From Spirogloea muscicola (Eukaryota), in the NCBI GenBank assembly GCA_009602725.1, contig WELB01000024.1, forward strand, positions 685,502 to 729,721: a stretch of DNA of 44,220 bases, in the 5' to 3' direction. Of the stretch, positions 35,501 through 44,220 are shown piece after piece (the first letter of the stretch is position 1; every line of letters begins with the position of its first letter). Both the position numbers and the translations under genes were made by a program. The notes beneath the pieces are model-generated. The model was given only the letters and a program-made list of their open reading frames with translations, was not told the origin of the DNA and ran no database searches.

Positions 35501-38500
35501 GCAGGTATGATCTGGGAGACATGGAAGAGTCAATCAGCGGCGAAGACCTCATCCTCCTTCTCAAGGAACTCGACAAAGACAGGGTGGTCTCCCTGGGAGA
35601 GCAAGGGGCGGAGGTGGCCTCGAAGACAGTGGAGGGGGGCGCTTTGTCGGGCGTTCAACCAGTGGCTTGCTCAGTAGGATGGCAGCAACTAAAAGGTTGG
35701 ATTGGGTGAGTGTCACACACGAGCCTAAGGGACTGGAACATACTCTTTGGATGCAGTTGCCATCAATAGGTAATCTCAAGCATGCCACATCTGGTGCTCC
35801 TTTGGTAGCTTACTCTTGTATACAGATGATTTTCACAGTCACCATACTGTCTCATGTTGTGCCAGTGAAACACTGACTGGGCGCATGGAGAAGGCATGGG
35901 GTCCCCTGCACAAGTACCGTGGCATTTGCACAGATGCAGACGGGAAAAGTGTGGTCAGTGGTCTCCAGCTAGGGAATGTCTGGTATGTTTTTTGAAGGTC
36001 AAGCACTGCTGCTTCTTGCTGTCTTATTTGCATCTCTTTAAAGTTGGGCTAGCTCGTTGGCAACACTATGTCAAAGTACCGCCATCTCGCGTGGTCTTGC
36101 TATTGGCCACATGCAATGCTCACCTTCACATACATGTCTCTCTGTGGGTGTGCGGTCTTGTTCTGCAGTATGAGTAGAGCTGATATTGCTAGATCAACAT
36201 GACAGCGTTGATGGTGGTTGTGCTCAGGATTGGTGTGCAGCCACTTCTGGGCCTTGAGGGCGACCCCATGCGTCTTTTATTTGAGAGAGACCTCACGCCA
36301 CATCCACAGGCATGTAATCTGTTCTTAGACATTCCTGGAACCTTCTGCAAGAGGCTGTAGACAGACTGCAGCACAATGTCAAGTGCCAGTGCTCATTGTT
36401 ATGTACCCTTCTCTGTGCAGTACGCAGCATTCTACAAGTGGTTGCAGAATGACTTCAGGGCAGACGCCCTGATACACTTCGGGATGCATGGGACTGTAGA
36501 ATGGTTACCAGGCTCCCCTTTGGGAAATACTGGCTACTCATGGTCTGATGTTCTGATGGGCAACATTCCAAATTTGTAAGCAATGACACAAATAAGACAT
36601 GGACACAGTGGGCCTTCAGCCTGGTCACAACCTGCGGTATCTTGCCAAATGCTTGTGCCTTATGTCTTCATAGCTCCATTTTGATGTCTTTGGCACTGTC
36701 CTATGGCATGGCGTTGTGGCCATATTGCGTTGTGGCAATGATAGTATCTAGCTTTTGACGACTGCAGGTATGTCTACGCAGCAAACAACCCCTCAGAGTC
36801 CATTGTTGCAAAAAGGAGGGGTTATGGCACCATCATTTCATATAATGTTCCACCCTATGGAAGAGCTGGTCTTTACAAGGAGCTTGCCACCCTTCGTGAG
36901 CTGGTATCTGCAGCATCAGGCTTTTGTGGCTACTGATTCTCTGTGTAGTCGGCTGTGCTAACAATCGAGTCCTGAATCGACTGGCACTTGCGCTTGCAGA
37001 ACTCCTCTGACTTGTTTGAGGGCATCTCATATGTGATAGAAGGTTACCAATTGCAGCACATTTGCAGGCACCTCAAGGTAGCCCCTCATGGTTGCTTGCA
37101 GATAAGCGAGTACCGCGAGGATCCCACCAAGAACGGTGCCTTAAAACCCGTCATCATCTCCACACTCCTCTCATCTGGACTCCAGAGCGACTGCCCTTTC
37201 CAAGAAGCTCCATCAGCAGGAGAGCAGTCCATTATGCTGACAAACCCAGAGGAGGAAGTCAACATTGCAGACTTTGATGCGTACTTGGGCAGGCTTCAGA
37301 GCTACTTGGTACAGCTCAATAGACCTCCCACAGGAGATTGCTAAGAGTACGCTGTGACAAGAAGCACTAACTGTGTTTGTGCATGTCCTAGACTCCACAC
37401 ACTCGCATTGTCTCTTTTAATCACCACCTTGTCAGACTAGCTTTGCAAGTGCTGGTATTATTCCATTATATCATGGCTCCTATTCCACTTCATTTCCACG
37501 TTGATGGCATGCATAAAGATCATGTCGCACATTGCTCGTCTTGTACATAGGCTGTTATTGAGAGCCGTCTTTTCTCTGAAGGCCTCCACACCCTTGGTGA
37601 AGCACCTTCTGAGGCGCAGGTAGTTATCTAGACTGATATGGCAAAGTTTCATCTGCAGCTTCACATCATTGCCATTGCCACATGGTTGGGGAAGTGAACT
37701 GTCAGATGCGAGTAAGCCATGAGTCCTGCAACACTGCAGAAGTTGTTGTGCCTTAGAGGTCAACCAGTATGTTAAGTCGACAAATGGGTCACTGATCAAT
37801 CAAGTAATTCCCACCTGCTAAGCAAAAGTTACTAATGATGACTATGTGGACTCATGTATCTGCGGGCTTTGCCAGACGAGCCAGTACTTGAGTGCCTACT
37901 TTGGAGATGACATCCAAGAGGAAGTTGTGGAGGCGGTTTCCACTACTTCCGGGACCACAGCTGAAGTAATGTGTCAAGTGCTGATAGTTCATGTGAACCT
38001 GCCCTGTGAACTTGTTGGCACACTGGCAATGTGTGATGAGATGACAGAGTATAGTCCTTCATGGAATACAACCTGCAGACATATGTGCAAAATCTGATTC
38101 TTGTGCATGTTTTCATGCTTTGTGCACAAAATGCAGGTGAGGAGAAAGTTGGAAGAGCTCTTCCTCCAGAGCAATGACAGATATCAATGCCGAAGCGAAA
38201 GCTTAGACAAGAGGATGGAGGTTGCTGTGATGATTAGGGATCTGCTACAGCAGAACACGGATGAGATGGCAAACCTGATCAAAGGTCTCAATGGTAGGTT
38301 ATGTGTGCCAGCAACTTAAGCAGTCCTCAAACTCTATCCTTTCCTGATTACCCTCTGCTGCTTTGTAGTGTTCCCTCAGGGCACTCACACTTGCTTCGCT
38401 AATGTGGTATAAGAGATTGTGCCACTTTGTTTGACAGACAAAGTGTATCTTGCTTTCTTGCTTCACCAGAAAGTACTTTTGAATTTGAAGTATCTTCTTC

Positions 38501-41500
38501 TGTCCTTTTCCTAGGTGATTATGTGCCGTCAGCTGTGGGTGGGGACCTTCTCAGAGATGGACCAGGCGGGCACTCTTGCACTTGCGGCAGCTTTTCTGTT
38601 TAGCTTATCACTGCAGCTCGGCCGCAACTCCCCTGCACATGCATCCCCGAGAAGCAGTGTACATGCAAGTGTTCTTCAATGATTCAGAGGTTGCGGTCAG
38701 CTGAGGGTTAGTGGTGTCGTTACTGGCAGGTGTACTGCCAACTGGTCGAAATATTCATGCCCTTGACCCATACCGAATGCCTTCAGCAGGTAGTCTGCTA
38801 TGCCATGTACTTAAATTACCCTGTAAGTATGTGTAAGTTGTTCGAGATTGCACAGCCGTGCAAACTGTGACAGTCACCAGCTCTGTACATCCTGCAATAA
38901 GGTAGAGGTCAGCGCATGGTGAAGGTGCAATAGTAAACATGCATTGTGATCAAGCAGAATATGTTAGCGGCCTTACCAGCGGCCTCATGCGCCGAGAAGG
39001 CACATGCATGTCATTCTGCAAGTCTGACCTCTCCTGTGCTGGGCTCCTTCTTGCGGGTGGCCTTGCCAGCTGCCTGGGAGAGGGGATGTGCCTTGGCAAG
39101 CAACATCATTAACCAGCACAGAGAGCAGAATGGCGGACAGTATCCAGAAACAATTGCAGTCATGCTCTGGGGCTTGGATGCCATCAAAGTAAGGGCCAGA
39201 GCTCGTTGCAGTCTGATGTTGTCCACTTCCTTCTGCAAAAAATGTGCCATGTAGCAAGGAGGATGGGGCCAACTAAGAAGCGCCTCAGTATATGTTCGAT
39301 TTTGATTACAAGTTGGGCTGCTCTATGCAGTATGTGGTAGTCGTCCCTCTTTGTCACTGTCATCCACCAAAGGCAGGTACTTAAGCTCATAATTGTGTGA
39401 CTCATCCATGCTGGCAGACAAGAGGCGAGTCTGTTGCCATTGCCTTGGCATTGGTGGGAGCTCACCCTGTCAGAGAGGTCAGTTTGCAGGCACCATGTCC
39501 CTGAAGGTGACACTATCTCTAGTACGACTGACTGAGCAGAGGTGTGGAAGGCACAGTACATGTGGACTGTGTTAGGAGAGTCCATCTGTATGCTGTGACA
39601 AGATGCTGTACAGCTGCATGCTGTCAATGAGCAGGGCACGGGCAGAGTAGTGAGGTTCGCGCTTACGCCACTGGAGGAGTTGAGAAGGCCTCGTATTGAT
39701 GTCCTCGCTAACATGTCTGGCATCTTCCGAGACAGGTATCACATTCACCTTCACTTCCTCTTTCCAGCATCCCTCTTATCCCTCTTTGGAGGTTTGCGTT
39801 ATGTTGTCCTCATTGTGTCCAAAGGGCATGGAGGGTTCTGTACTGCTCATTAGATCTCACGGATTTTGAGTAACCAAAGCTTACATGTAATCTGTTTGTG
39901 CTTGCCGTGCAGCTTTGCCAATGTGGTTGAGTTGCTGGATGATCTCTTCCAGCGGGCGGGCGAGGCAGATGAGCCTTTGGAAATGAATTTTGTCCGAAAG
40001 CACTCCTTAGCACTAAAGGTACCCTTTGCCTCCTCGTCTGATTTTCAATACTTCGAAGCTCCTGCTGGTAAATGCAATGATCTCAAGGAGATCATTTTGG
40101 CAGTCTTAGCTTGAACATTTGATTCATCTTCACTCCAATATGATGCAAATGCACGCATTCTTGTGATACATGAGAAAACATGATGTCAAGCATGTCTTTT
40201 GACTCTTGAGAGCATGCCAGTTGTTGCCGTGGTCTATGAAGTAGTTCAATTTGAGCTCAATGCACCCAAGATTTCATTCTCTCCTCTTTGCACTATCAGG
40301 CGCAGGGTGTTGAGGTTCCAACGGCTCGTATATTCTCCAATCCGGCTGGTGACTATGGTTCGATGGTCAATGAGAGAGTCGGAGCTGCAGACTGGTGAGC
40401 CACTTGTCTTGTAGTATCCACTGTAGCTCAACAAAAGAGGGCCAGCAATTAGTGCACTTCATGCAGGTTATAGAGACAAATATTACCATCAAGACCAAAC
40501 GTCAAAGCTTGTAAGCTTGACCACTTTTCCACAGGGAAAGTGGAGCCGAGCTTGGTGAGACTTGGCAGTCACGAAATAGCTTCAGTTACGGCAGGGGGGA
40601 TCGAGGCACTGCTCGACCAGAGGTTAGTCACAGTCAGCGTAGAATCACGAAGTAAATATTCAAAATTTCCAGCATATCAGGTGACTCACTGATTATATAG
40701 TCCTTTCTGTCTTCCAGAGTACTGTTTTTGTTGCTTCCTCTGGTGTAGGTTCACTCCTGACGCACCGTCTGCCCATGTCATCTTCCAGGTTCTCCAAGAA
40801 CTTCTTAGAACAACAGACCGGATTGTACAGGAGATTGACAGCGTTGAATACGGCCTGACTGACATACAGGTGAGCTAGACTAATCAGTTCCGTTTGCAAA
40901 ACAGAAGCTGGCAGGTTAGAGCAGGGTGATTGAAATGCCATTAAGCGTGGAGAATGTTCTTTCTGTGTGATGTTTAATCAGCAGCAACCATTCTCCTCGT
41001 GGAAAGGGATGATGTTCTGCTGAAGTAGATACAAATATTCACTCATAATCCTATTCTTGTGGCAGGAGTACTACGCAAACACTGGGGCAATGAAGAGTGC
41101 AGCAGAGACGGCTCGCTCAGGGAGAGAGGTGCAGTACCTCGCCCAGTCAACTGCCTCGCATTTGCATTCGCGTGACAGCTGCGGGTGCCTTAGGTGGCAA
41201 CAGATGTGCTGCATGTAGCAAGTCACTACATACTGTTGTGCATGATGTAACAGGTGTGTTGCAGTGTTGTCGAGACTTATGGAAAGGACCTTATACCCCG
41301 TGACTTGAAGTCCACTCTCAAAATTGAGTATCGATCCAAGGTGAGAGTGGGCTAGCAATGCGCGAAGCTTACAGCGTCAGGAAGGAGAGCTTGCAGAATT
41401 GTATTTCACTGTTTAAATCAAAGTGACCTGCTGATAATTGGGATTTCTAGCAGCATGAAGTTCATTCTAGTACACTGACATAGTACCGTCCAAGCCTTAC

Positions 41501-42490
41501 ATTCAGACATGTACGTCTATCTTTAGTAGCTGCTAGCAAAATCACGAGCATCTTGGCTACGAAATCTTATACTTCTGCCTCACTTGTCAGCTTCTAAATC
41601 CCAAGTGGGCAGAGAAGATGGCTGCAGCTGGCTCAGGTGGTGCTTATGAGATTTCTCAGGTGCTTCTCTATACTGGGACAGTGCGCCAATAGCACATCAC
41701 CAGTTGATTACCCTTGATGAGCCTTGATGCGCCAGCTAAGGCAGATTGATGTTCTATCAATCAATTGGGTACACGAATCATTTGCTACAATATGAGCACA
41801 TGCCAACATGTGACATGAGTCCAGCAGTATGATGCGCACGTTTGCTGAGTGGAGGATTCGATCACGCAGTTCACATGCGTCTGATGCTTATCTATCCAGA
41901 GAATGACTGCACTGCTTGGCTGGGGAGGGACTGCAAATTTCAGGGAAGATTGGGTCTACAACCAGGTTTGGCTGTCCTCTCATGCTGGTATGATCTGCTC
42001 GTGTCTTCTTGCTGCTGGCTACAACATGCAGACATTATGGGCTACAGAATAGGAAGTGAGGTGAGGCTTCACTACAATGACAGGCCTCAGAGACCTACGC
42101 GTTGGATGACAAGATGGCTGCTCAGCTTAGGAAGAACAACCCTCAGGTATGCCTCTGACATGGTCAAACTAGCTTAAGTTGGGCATGCATAAGGGAAGGT
42201 TCGTTGCTCTTACTGGCTCTGCAGTCGTGAACTTTGAAGGTATAGATTCCTCCTGAATGCCCACACCTCTGCACTGGGGTAAGCGATCAGGGTTCTCTGT
42301 TTGTTGTTACCGCCCATTCATTACAGCCCACCTTCTCGGCCTGCAGGCATTCCAAAACATTGTGAAGAGGATGTTGGAGGCAGCTGGCCGTGGCCTGTGG
42401 GAGAACCCGGACCCTTCTACACTTGAGAGGTTGCGGACCCTCTATGCCGAAGTGGACGAGGAGCTAGAGGGAGTAAAGCAACTTGCCTAG
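29543..42490 (+). CDS. CHLH2: Magnesium chelatase subunit H, CHLH2 / second cyanobacterial-type paralogue (CobN/ChlH family), plastid-targeted, about 41 exons
   Basis: Continuous spliced frame: [187 protein letters not shown]...[14 protein letters not shown]. Confidence 0.95.
32354..32495. mobile_element. 112-bp intronic insertion flanked by a 15-bp direct repeat
   Basis: TAAGATCAATGTAGG at 32354-32368 and 32481-32495. The insert ends in GAGTAAG and runs into the repeat as GTAAGTAAG. Confidence 0.6.
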
Positions 42491-42775
42491 TATGCACTAT
42501 TGTCGGGCAGAATACCTGCATCCTCCCAACTGCTTGACATTGTTGAGTTCCAGGCTTTTGACTGGAGAGGTTTGATAAGTCAACTGCCTTCGTGGGACAC
42601 AGCAGCGAAGTGCCTTTAGAACCAGGACTTCAAGCAGCCCCTTGATGGGCTACCATATGCCAGTCAAGGATGGAATTGCTTTATAAAGGGCGGATGCAGT
42701 CAAGGGGTTGCACGGAAGAGTGCACCTCCTATCTACTTCAAAGTGGGTGCCACACAGTAGGTGCCACTCAGAGAA

Positions 42776-42961
42776 TCAGCTGTGGTGGCAGTACCGTGTA
42801 GCGCTGCAGCAGCTACACCATGGTGGGCTTGGGTCGTTGCCACAAGAAGGTAGCAGACTTGGCTGCAACTGCGGGCGTTGAAAGTTGGCTGTCGAAGCCA
42901 GCAAAGTGCGCACGCTCGCTGGGCGTGCTCCTACAAGAGCGGAGGCTGTGATGGCAGCCAC
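42776..42961 (-). pseudogene. Orphan transit-peptide-like exon; possible gene fragment
   Basis: MAAITASALVGARPASVRTLLASTANFQRPQ is Ala/Ser/Thr/Arg-rich and lies in a CpG-rich zone like the other first exons. I found no convincing downstream exons before the CHLH2 3' end. Confidence 0.25.
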
Positions 42962-43166
42962 CGCTCGAGAAGGTAGACAGCAGGGAAGAGGTCGGGACTG
43001 CAGACGAAAGAGTCATCGGGGCCTGCAAGGACGGGGCGAGCAGGGGCGCGCAGCAAGAGACGGTGGTTGTTGATACCTGGACGTGGTGGCGGAGGCCAGC
43101 TGTGTGGGCAAGGTGGTTGGGGCGGAGGCTGTGTCTGGGCGCGTATGGGCCCTCCCGCTATCATAG

Positions 43167-43560
43167 AGAGAAGAAGAGCTCGCCCATAGAGAAGAAGGGG
43201 CTGGTATAGAGAGAAGGGCTCGCCCATGGAGGATAGTGGCTGGGAAAATCCAGCCCAGAAAGGAATGAACAAAGTACGAGAAGGGGCCAGGGGAAGCACT
43301 TAGATCAACGAGCACAATAAGAAATTAAGCAGCTCCGAAGCACTCAGTAACTCCTGCTAAGCAGCCTCAGGTCAGAGAAACTTGCCTCCTGGAAGCGGGC
43401 CCCCTGGCCAAGTGCGCTCAGCTCGAGTAGCCGAAGCGAGGCAGAATAACGGGGCTGCTAACATCGAAAGAAAGTGGCTCTCCCAAGCCAAGTGGCTTTC
43501 ATCTGGGCATCTGGGGAAGTGCCGGAAAAGCGCGGCTGTGAAAGAGCGGCTATGATAGCC
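43167..43560 (-). mobile_element. Head-to-tail truncated retroposon 3' ends
   Basis: Minus strand: DLRLLSRSY-stop (43344-43373), family A UTR and tail, then a family B end (43167-43203). A GAGAGCCACTTTCT-type end lies near 43467-43482. Confidence 0.8.
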
Positions 43561-43961
43561 AGCCAGGTGCATACATAAGGGTGTTGATAACTGTACTAAC
43601 GGAGCCCTAAAAGAGCGCAATAGAAAGGGCGGTGAGCGGGCCGCAGGAGATGGGGGTTGTGGCGTGGGGGCTGTTAGGGGGGCCAAGTGAGGCACGCGAT
43701 GAGGGTCACGTGACTGCCGCCCAGGCGAAGGTTCGGGGCGCGGCTGTCAGATCTGCCGTCCCCGGGCGGAGCCTCCACCGGGGGCACGCCGCCCGGGCGG
43801 TTCACCGGCCGTACACCGGGCTGAGTCAACGGCGGACCCCCCCCCCCGCGGCTGTCGCCGCCCGACACTGGCGTGTCGGCTTCCGGGCCAGGGGCCCCCG
43901 GCTCGTGCGAGCGCCGGGGAGCGTAGCCTCGGGGGGAAGCTGCTGGCCCCAGCGGGTCGGG

Positions 43962-44077
43962 TTATCCGGACCTTGTCAATTCTTCTCGGACTCGCTGTTC
44001 ACAGCCCCTCTCGCCTCGTTGGAAGAAGGGGGCGAGGGCTGCGAACAGCCAGCCTAGAAATTGACAAGGTCCGATAA
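43962..44077. repeat. 116-bp imperfect inverted repeat formed by two tail-to-tail retroposon UTR variants
   Basis: TTATCCGGACCTTGTCAATT pairs with AATTGACAAGGTCCGATAA; GCTGTTCACAGCCC with GGGCTGCGAACAGC; CTCGCCTC with GGGGCGAG. Confidence 0.85.
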
Positions 44078-44220
44078 GGGCCGAGGAAGAGCTCACTCTA
44101 CTCCTTGCTCCCCTACCAAACGCCATCCGCACCCCAGGCCCGGGCACCCACTCCGCTCCCTTTTAACCCCACAGCCCCTCCGCCCACCCCGTCCCCCCCC
44201 AACCCCTCCCCTCCCCCCTT

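Noticed and set aside
42640..42880. YidD-like membrane insertion factor suggested by PSLLPSC and PCNPL fragments
   Set aside because: Only a few residues match, across stops and frames, and no CRFxPTCS core is present.
8..43272. Recurrent palindromic GGGCTGG..CCAGCCC repeat as a CRISPR array or bacterial REP
   Set aside because: Copies are dispersed, in both orientations and of variable length, without regular spacers or cas genes. They follow a retroposon ORF end and carry TSDs.

Overview
Intron-rich eukaryotic nuclear DNA, most likely from a green alga. A streptophyte alga is inferred from plant-like proteins, plastid transit peptides and a second ChlH paralogue. By manually joining GT/GC-AG exons I reconstruct six genes: CCR4-NOT subunit NOT3 (-), a DUF3700/TSJT1-Wali7-like Ntn-fold protein (-), plastid shikimate kinase (-), plastid RsmD-like rRNA methyltransferase (+), a LigB/DODA-type extradiol dioxygenase (-, one junction unresolved) and a ~41-exon CHLH2-type magnesium chelatase H (+) with an unexplained N-terminal extension. 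Two weaker hypothetical genes or pseudogenes are also present. The intergenic DNA is mostly nested, 5'-truncated copies of several related non-LTR retrotransposon families with a restriction-like endonuclease (CRE-like). Twelve copies carry a nucleotide-diverged ORF end of the type D-L-x-x-L-[T/S]-R-G-Y-stop, followed by structured 3' UTRs and TTCTT-like tails. Target-site duplications of 8-21 bp, a paralogous empty/filled site pair and a 12-nt micro-insertion are directly visible. All exon boundaries and family assignments come from reading by eye, not from database searches.
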